The translations under genes were made by a program, and so were the position numbers. The notes beneath the pieces were generated by a model. That model saw only the letters and a program-made list of their open reading frames with translations. It was not told the DNA's origin and did no database searches. Below are positions 50,375 through 62,509 of a DNA stretch of 63,884 bases, in pieces. Origin of the DNA: Spirogloea muscicola (lineage: Eukaryota); NCBI GenBank assembly GCA_009602725.1, contig WELB01000002.1, positions 948,218 through 1,012,101 on the forward strand. The letters run 5' to 3'. Every line of letters begins with the position of its first letter. The stretch's first letter is position 1.

Positions 50375-52297
50375 ATGGGCGATGGTGGCGGCGGCGGCGG
50401 CCACGCGCTGCAGTTCGTGACGGAGACGGAGGTGAGCTGAGAGCTGGACGTCGCCTCCCGCGCTGCACGGCCCGGGTTGCCATGGCGTGGCGCGCCACAG
50501 GCTCTCCGAGCAGCAACACTCAGCTTGCGCTAGCATGGTGGCACTCCCCAGTGGCTCCGCTAGTATGGCCATGACCATCCTCTGTATGCACCTGGCAGGC
50601 TTTCACAGCCGCTCTTCTGATATCAGCAGCCGCATCATTCTTCCTATATGTGCTCCACCTTGCTGTCTGCACTGCGGCTGACGCTGCAGCTGATGCTTGC
50701 AGCTCGCGGCTCTCGCAGTTGGAGAAGGTTCGTCAGGTTCGCGGAGCACGCCCCGAGGATGGCACGGTGCCAGCGGACAGGCCTCTCTACGAGGTCGCTG
50801 ACCAACTCTGCTACTGATAGCGCTTGCTCACCTCGTCTAGTGTCGCAAAGCACTTGAATGTCTCGTGCTGCAGATGCAGCTCACCTTTGAAGACTAGGCG
50901 GAGACAGCATGATGAAATGACAGTTGATTGAAGTGCCCAGGTATTATTGGTGCACGCGCGGCAGTGATCACATTCTCATGAACTTCCTCAACTAGTGCAG
51001 ATTTTGAAAGAGAACAAGGAGAAGAAGGACGCTGAGTTCAAGGAGAAGTTCAGAAATTGTACCTTCTCACCACCTCCTTTGCATTGCTTCTGTAGTCTGT
51101 GTGCTACTGTACCCTCTCCCAAGGTTTCTTCCTCCCTGCTGTAGCAGCAAAGGCTCCTGTCCGTGGCTGTCATGACAACTCAGTGCTACAGCTGTCTCAT
51201 GCCATGCTTGTCAGGACAGATAGACTTCACAAATCTGAGTGGTATTGTTTGTTATATTCACAGTACCACCAAAAGCTTTGGATGACGAGGAGACAGAGTT
51301 CTTGGAGGCTGTGGAGAAGGTAAGCTCATCAACCTGGCTGTCTGTGCTTCTGCCTCAAGGTTATCATGCTGCCCTATAGGGGCTTGCAGTTGTACATGAT
51401 GACAGTGCAGCTATTCACTTGAACTGTTCCTATAATGCTTTGTGGCTCAATCTCCAGTGTTCCTGCTCGAGGTTACTCAAGGGCTAAATCTCAGAGTTGC
51501 CAGATTAATTAAGGAATGCTTAAGGAACAAATGCGTACTGCCGATTACATTGTCAGACGGCTTTTGTCTTCATGCTATGTTGCTTTTGACAGCAAAGACG
51601 GGATATTGAGAAGTCACAGGCTGACGAAGAGGCTCGGGAACTCACAAACTTTCAGGTTCAGTAGCAGTGCATACTTATTCAACTGTGGCCGCACTGATGT
51701 CTTATGTAGTGACACGTAATGTTACTGGAGGGCAACGAAATAATGACTACACTGATGCTACTGTTGACACTTTCATTAGTGCAGGCTGCTATTTTGGAAC
51801 GTACTCTACCAGCAAGTGAGATCTCAATGGCACGTGCCATGTCTGAAAAGGTCCTGCTCACATTTACCTGCGCACAAGCGCAACCCTTCCTGTGCACACA
51901 AGTACATTTCAGATTGCAGCCTCCAGCAAGAGGATGTACTTTGCTGGTGCCTTGCGGAACAATATCATCTGTCATAGCTCCAGCCCCATGTTCTCCCATT
52001 GCTGATCAGTGTGAGCATCGTCTGCAGGATGACAAGTCAATCAAATCAAGGAGGACATCTGTCCGACCTGTCGCCAGTCACATACAGGTGAAGCATGCAC
52101 TGAAAAAGCACAAACCGAATGTGAAAGTTGCTGGGGCCCAGTCACAAAGCGCGTTAGTGTCCTCAGCACCAGGAGCTCACGCAAGGGTGCCAGCTAGTGC
52201 AAGCGTAGAACCTCTTGTGGTAGCTGAAAATGCAGCTACAGTAATCTCAAGCCTTGTAACATATGCAAGTGACGGTGAGGATGACGATGATAGATAG
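50375..52297 (+). CDS. PSME3IP1: PSME3-interacting protein / FAM192A (NIP30; plant CSU2-like)
   Basis: MGDGGGGGGHALQFVTETE|LEKVRQVRGARPEDGTVPADRPLYE|ILKENKEKKDAEFKEKFRN|LPPKALDDEETEFLEAVEK|..ELTNFQ|AAI..LVTYASDGEDDDDR*. Confidence 0.9.
50551..50644 (+). mobile_element. CRE-like 3' tip (subfamily B') in the first intron of the FAM192A gene
   Basis: CTGTATGCACCTGGCAGGCTTTCACAGCCGCTCTTCTGATATCAGCAGCCGCATCATTCTTCC matches the reverse complement of 4838-4905. Confidence 0.8.
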
Positions 52298-53219
52298 TAG
52301 CTGTGGGAGCTCTACATACAGCTCCAAGCCCCATGCCCTTTAGTCACAACAATATTCATTTCGTTGTCAAGAAGTTGATGACATCTCCGCTGCGCAGTCT
52401 CTCAAGTTCAAAGCACACATGGGTGGAAAAGGAGAGATGAGGGTGACATTGATTGCAATGCTTGAAGAAAGTGTCCTAGGAGAAGGTCCTTACCGAAGGA
52501 GATCAATCTCTTGGCAGTCCTCATAAATCTTGCATTCTAAACACTGCGACAGTGTGGCAAAGTCGGCAGTGAAGGCCTGCACATACTAGTTGTGTCCTGA
52601 ATGTTTCTGAGCGCCACCTCTGAGTGCCTCTGGTCCTCCACTAATCTCCATTCTAGGCGTTACTACAGTTTCCAGTATACTTCAGCATCTAGCAACTCAC
52701 ACTGGCTTGATGCTGGGTTCCAAGCGTTCTGCCAAGCAGTGCCCAGCAGTCAAGAACATGCAGTCTGCCTCTCAACTTCATCGGGCCACTGGGGCACCAA
52801 TTTGCTCATGGGTCCTTCTTGACTGGCACCTCTTGCCCTTACTATGTCCTATTTTCACTGGCTCCTGTCAGCCACGGCCTCTTGGTGGCAGCCCAGGCCC
52901 CATTCCATCTCGTTCATCACAGCTTCCGCCTTTCTGGGAGCCCAGGTGTATACTGAGCCCGCTCTTCATTTCACATTTGCCGCACACAATCCTGGGCAAG
53001 TCACCGGAATCTTTATTCTATAGAGAGGATTGGTGGCTGATGTTGCAGGTCAAAAATCATTGAAGATCTGTCTTGGAGTTGTCGTGGTGGTCACTTTGTA
53101 AATTGGGAGGTTGGCTCCTCTTCTAGGCGCAGCGGCAACGTGAGACAAGTATTGCAGTCAAGCTTTTGCGCTCCACACTCCGGAGAGCAATGATGCAGTC
53201 CTTGGTGGCACCAAGACGA

Positions 53220-54487
53220 AGAATCTCTTCAAAGGGGGCAATGGCTGTGAGGCGAGCCCAATTTTACGATGCAATTTAGAAAAGGGCCATGGCTGTGAAG
53301 GGCCAGCCCAGAAAAAGAGAAGCAGCAGCTCTTTCAGAAGGGCGAGGGCTGCGAAACGCCAGAAAGCCAAATACAGTAAGCTTTTTGAATGAATGCGGCT
53401 GCTGACATTGAAAGAGCGGCTGTGAAAGCCAGCCAGATGCATACAGGTCTTCTTGACAGAGCCACAGGCTAGGCAGACAGGGCGCTCTTAGTACCCCTGG
53501 GTCAGCAGTAGGAAGTCAGATGAGCTGAGGGGAGGAAGAGCAACCCCGCTGCGCAAGCCAGAGGCTGCTGCAAGGGCGCGACCGGCGCGGCGGTGCAAAG
53601 CAAGCGCTTGGGAGTGCTGGAGGGACATAGACAAACGCATGCGGTAGCAGGACACAAAACCCAAAGGCACCAAGCCTTCAAGAAGAGTAACGCGATGGCT
53701 GTGAAAAAAAAATGTGCTCGCCCATAGAGAAGAGGGGCTGGCAATGGCTGTGGAGAGGCCAGCCTAGAACAAAGAAAGGCAGAGCACCTATTCCAATGGA
53801 AGGCAGTGGCTGTTAGAGGCCAGCCTAAATGAAGAAAGTCCAAAGGAATGAACACGGTCTGGAAGGGCCAGAGGCGCAGAAAACACTACTCTTCTGCGAG
53901 TGGACGCTCAATGAGCTCTTTAGTCAGCAAGTGCGGATCAGTATAAGTAGAGGGCGGAACCAACAGTAGTAAGACGCTTCCAGTAGAAGAAAGTGCTCGC
54001 CCATTGAGAATAGGGGCTGGAAAAGCCAGCCCAAAAAGGAAACAACAAAGGGGAAGCGCTAAGAAAAACAAGCACATAAAGAAACAAAGCAGCTACGGAT
54101 CACTCAGTAACCCCTGCTAAGCAGCCTCAGGTCAGAGACGCTAGGCTCCTGGAAGTGGGTCCCCTGGCCAGAGCCAGAGGCAGCAGCGAGGGCTCTGCGC
54201 TGGTTCGCACTCAGGCTCCCTCAGACTTTGTCCATTCTTTTGGGCTGGCCTTTCCCAGCCACCAGTCAATCTGGCCGCGCTTCCTCTGCCGGCCCGCAGG
54301 TGCAGCGCGGGGACCTTATCCACTGCCATTTGTTTCGGGCTGGCTTTTCACAGCCCTTGCCTCCAGTGGGAGAGCCACTTCTTCTATGATTGCCATCGCA
54401 TTTTCCACAGCCATCACCCTTCTCGTCCTTGATTCTTTTTTTGGGCTGACTTTTCCAGCCCCTATTCTCAATGGGCGAGCACTTTCC
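53220..54487. mobile_element. Cluster of about 12 hairpin tips and two longer CRE-like 3' ends upstream of the BTB gene
   Basis: B (-, 53390-53675). H (-, 53986-54312) is split by A (+, 54199-54289) with TSD CTCTGC. Stacked GGCTG..GCCAGCCC tips fill the rest. Confidence 0.85.
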
Positions 54488-54819
54488 AAAGGCGGGAGGG
54501 TACACGAGAGAAAATGCGTGTGCATTAAGAGATGGAGGGCCACGAGGAGAAGCGGCTGCTGATATTAAAAAATCGACGAGAGAGGAACTCCATCCCGTCG
54601 GCCGGCAGTCGCGGTACTGCACTGCAGGCCAGATACCCCGTGCAGCAAACCCAGCCCCACTTGGCTGCCACGTGGCGCCGGCCTCCGGGGGCTGCGTAGG
54701 ACGGGTCGCCCCGGACAAACTTCGCCATGGCTGCGCCTCCAGCCTCTGCGCCCCCCGCCCGCCGCCGCCGGCCGCGGCGGCCGCCGCGGGCNGCAGATGT
54801 CTTCGAGGGGAGGCATGGC

Positions 54820-54864
<45 letters not shown>

Positions 54865-54876
54865 CGGCGGCCGGCC

Positions 54877-57800
54877 ATGACTCGCGTCGCGTCCAACAGC
54901 GTCCTGGTGGTGCCTCCGTTTGAGGTCGCGTGGCTGTCGGGCAAGGACCTGCAGTTCCCCGCGCCGGGCCGCGGCTGCGTCTGCTTCGAGGCCCGCGCCG
55001 AGAACGACGTCACCGTGGTCTTCCGCGCTGACACTGGCGGCTCTCGCCACTACTGCACCGACACCGCCCGCGGCTATACCGTCGTGCTTGGCAGCCACCG
55101 CAATCAGCGGCTCAAGGTCTGATCACCCCCAACCATCAGATGGCCAATTTAACGGTGACTGAGGGTCACAGAGGTCGAGACAGAGAGCCGTGAAGGGGCT
55201 TAACATTCACGTGCTCCTCAGGTTCACGAGGGCGTGGACACTTGCAATGCAAGTTGTTGAATTTGTAACTCCATTTTCGCAGATTGAGGTCGACGGGCAG
55301 CCGCTTGTCGACTTGCCCGGGATGGTCATCAGCCCGACACAATTTGAGCGCTACTGGATCAATATAATGTATGCCAGCTATGATCAGCCTCTGGTGACTA
55401 AGCCCTGTCATGCATTGTGATTGGGCTGTGTGCTGCCTGCTTGTGCCCCACTACTTGCAATTTGGTGGCCGCGTCGACTTCATCTTAACGATCTCTTACT
55501 GAAGTTGCTGCAAGCGAGTCACTCAGGTATTGCTCTCGTAGCCAGGATGTTTTGAGCGGCGAGGCAGTCTGAGGCCCATGCTTATTTCTGCACGCGCTTC
55601 TGGCAGCAATGGTGAGATATCCGTTGGCCGGGGAGAGCCGGGACATGGGGTTGTCCACAGATGGGAGGATCCAGACCCCAACAGGGCTCTGCAGTATGGT
55701 GGGCTATCCAGTTGGGACAAGCATGTCGGTTACAGGGACATTCAGGTCAAGGGTCCGATTAGCCCGAGCACTTCCGAACCAAGACAAGAGCTGTGCTCCA
55801 CATTTAGCCTTGAGCACCTTCTGTATTCAGCCGACCTTGCTGATCTGCAGGTACAGTCCACTGACGAAGCACCGTTTTGGGCTTGAGTATTCTGGACTTT
55901 GTGTTTGATATCTGCAAACTATGACCTACAGTTGCAGCAAAATGTTGACGTGTATGCAACTGATGCCATTGCTCTTCTTTTCATGTAATGTTGGGCATGA
56001 AGTTTGTTGTGGGACCATCTGGAAGGAGGATCTTTGCCCATCGAGTGGTGCTGGTCTGCACCTGCGCATACTTCCAGGAAATTTCAGCTGATGACAAAGT
56101 CAGCATGGAGGTTGTGAGATTGCCTTCTGTGGATCCAGAGGTTATCCTTGCTCTCTTACAGTATCTATATCGAGGAACTCTGAAGGTATGTCAGCTTCCA
56201 CAAGGTCTGTGTGACGAGTACCTGCAGGATTCCTTAGTCAATTGAGAGAATGGCAATGGATTCTATGAGCGGCACAGTGATCATGCAAGTGAACCTCGAC
56301 AACACAAAGTCAGGCCTATGCATGTCAGGTGCACAAGGAGCGCTTGGAAGAGCTACGGGAGCTTGCTGAGGATTTTGGAGTACCAACATTGGTCCAACAA
56401 TGCGAACAGCAACTTTCTTCCTCTTCTCCTGCAGGCGGCCAGAGCAGAAGTGGTGAGTCTGGCCTGCCAGATAATAGTTCTATATGTCAGCGGCAATGAT
56501 TAGTCCACCTTATGCTGCTGCTACCTGTTATTGGCTTGGTGTGTTTGGCATGACAGGTGACATAGGTGCTTCGGCTTCGGGCAGTGATCCTATTGATTTG
56601 GCACATATGACAACCACAAGCAACACTGATAGCTTGGATCAAATGGCACGCATCCCCATGGACACACGCAAATTGCAGGAGCTCCAAAGATCAGGCCATT
56701 ATTGTGATGTGTCCCTCTCTCTCGAGAGCGGTATGTTCGTTAGCCGAGTCCACAGTGTGGTGCTGAGTGCCTGGAGCCCCGCCTTTGCGAGGGTAAGGCC
56801 CTGCTTGACATAAGACATAGAGAGCCTTGGCTGCACAGATTGCCAGAAATACAGAATGGTATAGTCCTCAATTCCGGTGTGATTGGTAGTCAAGTGCTGG
56901 TGCTCATAATGTGTTTGCTCACCACCTTCAGCTGATTAGGAAAACGCGACCAATGCAAAGTGTGATCTGAGTACTGCCATTGAGTATGACTCCGGAGCAA
57001 TTTTACTTAAACACCATACAGATGTGTCATGTGCATTGCAGATGCTTGCAAATGGCATGCAGGAGAGCAGAACCAAGGTCATACATCTTTCCGATGCATC
57101 ACCAGAGGCAGTCGTGACAATGCTTCACTTCTTATACAGTGGAAGTTTGCCAGACATGGGAGGCAGCAATGTTGAGGCTATTCTGCTGTCTGTGCTATCA
57201 CTAGCCCACTGCTTCCTAGTGTGGCCTTTACAGCACGCTTGCTGCAACCTACTACTAAAGTATGTAACTCAGGTGCGGAATGTGGCTCATAATCCCATAC
57301 CCAGAGATGTTTGCGAAATCCCTTCACTGTAAGCAAGGCGATCAGACCAAGCGCTTCATATCATTGCAACATTTCACACACGCTGAGCAACTCCCTACTT
57401 TGGTTCCCTTGTATTGTATTGTGTGAACATAAGCCAAGCAGGTTCAAGCAAGAAGGTGACGTGCAGTTCGATAGAGGGAATCCGAAGCAACTGGTGGCAC
57501 TGTGCACAGCCCTGTACCTGCAGCTCACCAGCACGTGGTACTTTGCCAGGACTCTGCATGCAATATCCTTCAAGTTGCGGCTGCCACGCCCTCCTGTACT
57601 GCTTTGGAAGAGGCTTGTGAGGAGTGTTGTGCAAAGCACTTCGATTACTGCACCACTTCTCCAGCAAACGATTTCCGGACCCTTGAAGCATCAAGTGTAG
57701 CCAGAATATTCCAGGTGGGCAACAAATATGTGCACTCATACACCTTTTCAGATAGGATGCTATATTCTTGTCCTATTCCAGAAGCTCGTTTCAAGATGAT

Positions 57801-60020
57801 CTCTATCATCAGATGACGAAGACAGTAACTTGGCAGTATTAGCAGTCCACGGTCTGAAAGCTCATGGCTGCCAATTTGTTGACAGAATGCGCACCTCCAG
57901 GTCACAGCAGAAGAGAAGGTGCTAGATGCTGCATTCATTTGGGCCTGCGATGCCGATAAGATAAGTTGCTGGCAGGATGCAAGTGTCTGGTTGAAGGAAA
58001 GAAGTGTCACTGCTCTTAGTGAGCGAGAAGGGGCACTGGAACATATTGTGCAATTTGTCAGATTTCCATCCATGCCACTTTCACTTCTCCTCTTGGTAAG
58101 GACTTACTGTGCCTCACAACCGTCCTTGTGAGGTGCTGTTGCAGTCCGATAGTATCCCACTGCTCTTTGCACACGGTGTACTCATGGTAGCTTGACTGGC
58201 TTCACAGCACTTTAACAAGCTCTGGGAGTGGCCTCAACTTCCTAATGGTGACTGTGATTGCAGTTGCGAGCTTCATGTCTTGCAGACAAGATACCTGTGC
58301 TACAAGACTTAGTGAGCTGCCATCATGTGCCTCTTACAGCCCTAAAATTTTCATTTCGGCCAATGCTGCACACTGTGCTAATTCTCAAGTCTACGTTTAC
58401 AATATGTCTGGAGCTCTAGGAGAAAACTGCGCTTCTTTAATAGTCATTGTGCTCCTCCTCTTACTTGACGCAACTGCTACTTGTTCATCGTTGTGTGTCT
58501 GCGCTCTTTCTTTGCTCTCACAGATTGCTGAAGCTCTTCAATACCTGGCACTGGACCAGGCCACCATTCTTGAGAATGAGTAGGACTGATCTGAAAGTCC
58601 AATTTTATTGCTTAACGCTGACTGTAATCTGAGAATGAGCTTCATATTGTGGATATGGAGCTTGAGCTAATGGTCTTCCTTATGTGTGCAAAGTCGTGTG
58701 AAGTGTGCTGGATGGTAGGCCTCCTTGAGGAGGTGCTCATGAAGAATGAGTGGGTGCCTAACAGTCTGAAGGACTATTTACCATCGCTGCTGACTTTTGA
58801 TCTACTACTCTTGCAGGAGGAGCTGGCAACCCTTGAACATTGACGCAGATGGGCATGTAGTTTACATGCAAGACTGCAGCTTTCGCTTCTGCAGACGTCT
58901 TTCAACTTTCAAGGAGCTTCTGTACATCTGTGATGGCGATCAAAATGGTGTGTGCTACTATGCAGGAACTTCATATGGCCGTCATTCATGGATGAACCCT
59001 GTGCTCATCAAGGTGCACACTTGCTTCTGCCACCCGCGGTGTTACATCATAGATCTGATAGGGTGCGAGTGAAATGTTGAGACAACGTCTCTGAGGAGCC
59101 TGCACGTGACAGTAGAGCAGATTCAGTACATTGACATCATGATGTTGGACACGCAGAACTTGACAATAGCGGCAAGCAGCCCACCCTCCAGATACACAGA
59201 CCCCAAAACTCTTGTCTCTGGCCACTTTCAGGTTTCTAGCAGCCCTCTGCTGTAGTGAGAGAAAAGCATCATCACATGTGGTGTGTAGGTTGTTCGAGTA
59301 AGAGGTGATGCCAGTGAAAGCAGACTTGCTTGTGTCTTCTTTGCTGAGTTTGACCAAAGAATGCTTACTCATGCTTGACAATTTCTGTCAATTTCAGTGC
59401 ACTTCTTTTGCTGGTCAATGTCATGAAGACAACAGAACAACGTCATGGTGGAAGGTGGATCTTGGAGCCGAGCATCAGGTCAGCAAGAAGATGAGGTCGT
59501 CCGTGATTATTATTGTGCTACTTGTGCTGGTCACTTGGTTTCAGCACTTCTTCTGAAAGTAGACCTTCCACCTCGTGCTCAATCCAGCTCATCTGCAACT
59601 ACTATACTGTGCGCCAAGATGGATCAACCAACTACATGAGATCGTGGTGTCTCCAGGTCAGCGATGTGCCACTGTGTCAACTTCCTCAATTCCATGTGAA
59701 CGCCCATTTTTTAGCTTTTGCTTGTATCTGCACTGGACGAGCTTCAGCTAAGTCAGATTGACTGACCGTGGGACGGAGTGAACGAGGTTTCACTTGGTCA
59801 GGGGTCTGTGGATGGAGAGACTTGGATCAACCTACGTATGCATGAAGGAGACACTACAATGTGTCGACCAGGACAGTACTCTTCCTGGCCGGTGTTTGGA
59901 GCACAAGCACTGCTGCCTTACCGCATACTGCGCATCAAGCTTCTGGCCCCGACCACTTCAGTGTCCAACCCTTACCACTTATCACTATGTTCTCTGGAGC
60001 TGTACGGATTCTTCCACTGA
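54877..60020 (+). CDS. BTB/POZ domain protein, At2g30600-type (N-terminal beta domain, two BTB, BACK, C-terminal discoidin/F5-8-like)
   Basis: VPPFEVAW..GRGCVCFEARAENDVTVVF..YTVVLGSHRNQRLK, GLSSWDKHVGYR, AHRVVL, VHSVVLSAWS, VTAEEKVLDA, DGDQNGVCYYAGTSYG, WWKVDLGAEHQ|LICNYYTVRQDGS, LELYGFFH*. Confidence 0.93.
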
Positions 60021-60937
60021 AGAAACTTTGCTCCCACTTTTGCAGCTATTGTTACTTGCAGATAGGAGCTCTCTTAGTACTTGCGAGTCATTTCCCACCA
60101 GCAAACCCCAGACTGTGAACTGGTATAGCCTCTTGCTCCCATTCCTTGTAGCGTGAAGATGGAGATTTGCTTGCCTTGTAATGTAGGATACGCAATAGAC
60201 AAAGGAAATGGGTAGTGTACAAATTTCTGGGCGTGGGTTATTGCACTGGACTGTTACATACATCACAGGGGAGATCAAATTCATTGGCATGACTTGAACT
60301 TGTTGGTGTGGGATCCCTTTCTTCCTGGTACTATTATCCATCGCATGTTTGACCACTACATGGTATATCTCTCTATGCACTCAACACTTGCCTCGAAAGT
60401 AGTCTTCCTCTGGTCAGTCCAGTAGGAAGAGTCATTCCCCGTCGATTTCTACAAGTGGGCGCCCAATAATCAAACCCAAGAAGAAAGTAAGCAGCCACTA
60501 CGAAGCACTCAGATCCAGTAGGAACGGGGGTCTCAAGGTCAAATGGCTGCTTGGAATAGTAACCCACCAAGCTGAAGACACAACAGACCATCCCCGAGCG
60601 GTCGTCGCAGGGCCCGCCGCCGCGCCGTGGCGGCTCCCGCGCCGCGGCGCCCCCATCGCCGCAACCGCCGCCGCCGCNCTCCCGGCGGGCGACGCGAGGA
60701 GCGCCGCGGCTGGGCCAGGGCCGCGGCCGGCAAGCGCCGCTCGGGACGTCAGGCCCTTCTCTGCCGCTCGAGTCGGCGCAGTCGTCGTGCCGCTGCCACC
60801 GCCGCCCGCTGAGGTGATGACCGCCTTGTGCCGAGCTCGGCGTCGGCCAGGCGGCGTGCGAGCGAGTTGCAGCGAGCGCCGCGGAGTCATCGCCGCAAGC
60901 TGATCGGCGCCGCGCCTCGGCAGGCGGCGAAAGGTAG

Positions 60938-61833
60938 ATGGAGGCGGGGAGCTACGTGGCGGCGGGCCATAGCGCCATCCCCTACGACTACAGCAGCAGC
61001 CCCGGCGGCCAGGACGCGTACGCCCTCCATTGCGCTTGACCTCAGCCTGCAGCCTCGGACGCTGGCTGATGGCCTCCGCCAGGTCTTTCGAGAGGCGAGC
61101 TTCAAGGGGCGAGCTTTGGCAATCTGGTTCTGAGCGTACGCTGTGTCATGCTGCGCTGGTGCCCCGCCCTATGCTGAGTGTCTCTGCAGCCTTTCACCGT
61201 ACCTCATAATTGGGTCATCTTGTCTTGATAAAGGGAAAGTGAAGTGCTTCAGGCCTCCCCTTTGTGACCACGTCTGCCGTCTGCGCTTGTATCTGCGACG
61301 GCCCTGCCCTGATGCTCGGCCGCTCCCTGTATTACCAGGGCTGGTGATGACGCCTACAAGGCAGTTAGCCATGCCGGCGCCGACGTCGATATGAGCGCTG
61401 AGATTAGCCCTCAGGATCTCGAGGTTGCGGGTGGCCTCGGGGCTCGGGACGACCTGGCTAGCCCACTCCCCGCAGCCATGGACGCCACCGATTTCGAGGA
61501 AGCCATCTCGCCGCTGGGGGCTCCAGAAGAAGACGAGGCAGGTATGAGAATCTGCCGGCCTTTTCTGGGCATCTTACTTGTGGTAGATGTCACATTGGTC
61601 TTCTTGCATGCAAAGTTCACAGCATATGAGCGTATTACTGCCGAGGTCTCCTTCAGCTCCTCATACTGCGAGTATATCAAACCCCTACACGTATAATGTC
61701 CCGTCCTGCCTGACAAGCAGGTAACAAGGACTTCAGCTCAAACAGCCACGCAGCCCATCCAGGGCTGGGCGCCACACCGGAGTCTTCTTCCTTTGCTGGG
61801 GATGCAGCAGGTACTGGCCAAGCAATACAATGA
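60938..61833 (+). CDS. Small acidic conserved plant hypothetical protein (3 exons)
   Basis: MEAGSYV..GQDA|AGDDAY..EISPQDLEVAGGLGARDDLASPLPAAMDATDFEEAI..|..HPGLGATP..*. The AGGxGARDDxxSxLP..DxTDFE motif is recalled from uncharacterised land-plant proteins. Splice phases are consistent. Confidence 0.7.
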
Positions 61834-62509
61834 TGTCGAGGATCTTTGCTCCAATCTGGGGCAACGAGAAGTTGCAATAGATAGCTCGCAGAGGCAGACT
61901 CTTCGCTGGCAGGTGATAGTCGTCACCTGTTGTGCATCTCTAGGATCGGCCCTCTGGCGCCAGTCTCCACTTTAAAATCGATGGCAATGCACCATGGCTG
62001 CACTTGCTTGCAGTGCAAGCAGAACATCCCTACACCCAGAAACATGGTGCACGGCCATTCTGGGCTGAAATTTGTTTGGAGTGTCCAAGTAGCCTGACAA
62101 TTCAAGGTGATGTCTTATGGGTCAAGCTCTTCGTGCAGCAGCTGGACCATGGCCGTAATACATTGCCACGCTCTGCAACTTTGTGCAACCCTTCACCAGG
62201 ATACGACTTGGCTTGATCAGCCGGCAAGCTTGGCAGCCAAAGAAACCCAATGCAGGAAAGCAGATATGTGCTTTGTGTTGCCTCCCCAGATGGACGGTTG
62301 GTCGTTAGATGCTCAGACGTAGATATATCTTGCAGGTGGAGAGGCGGATGCAAAGTCGGTATAGCTTATATATCGCACTTAGAAGCGGAAGAATGGTTTG
62401 AGTCGTGCTCGCAGCTTGCAGTGAGCACAGTCAGCCAGGTGCTGACTGCGGCTCTCACACCAGCAGCCTAGAGGGATCCATAGGGCTGTCTGCTTGTGAG
62501 ACGCATCGG

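Noticed and set aside
50188..50376. In-frame upstream ATG giving ATE1 a 63-aa transit-peptide-like extension
   Set aside because: That ATG is the reverse strand of the CCATGG containing the FAM192A start codon, and GC-rich leaders lack stops by composition. It is probably incidental.
52600..53060. Possible very old CRE-like remnants (also 18230-18600)
   Set aside because: Only faint motif echoes (ILQHLA, QLHRATG), which I cannot support without alignment. If 18230-18600 were real it would be an exception to promoter confinement.
53220..54487. Stacked ~45-bp hairpin repeats resembling a CRISPR array
   Set aside because: Units are divergent, in both orientations and irregularly spaced. They are the 3' ends of retroelement fragments in a eukaryotic context, with no cas genes.
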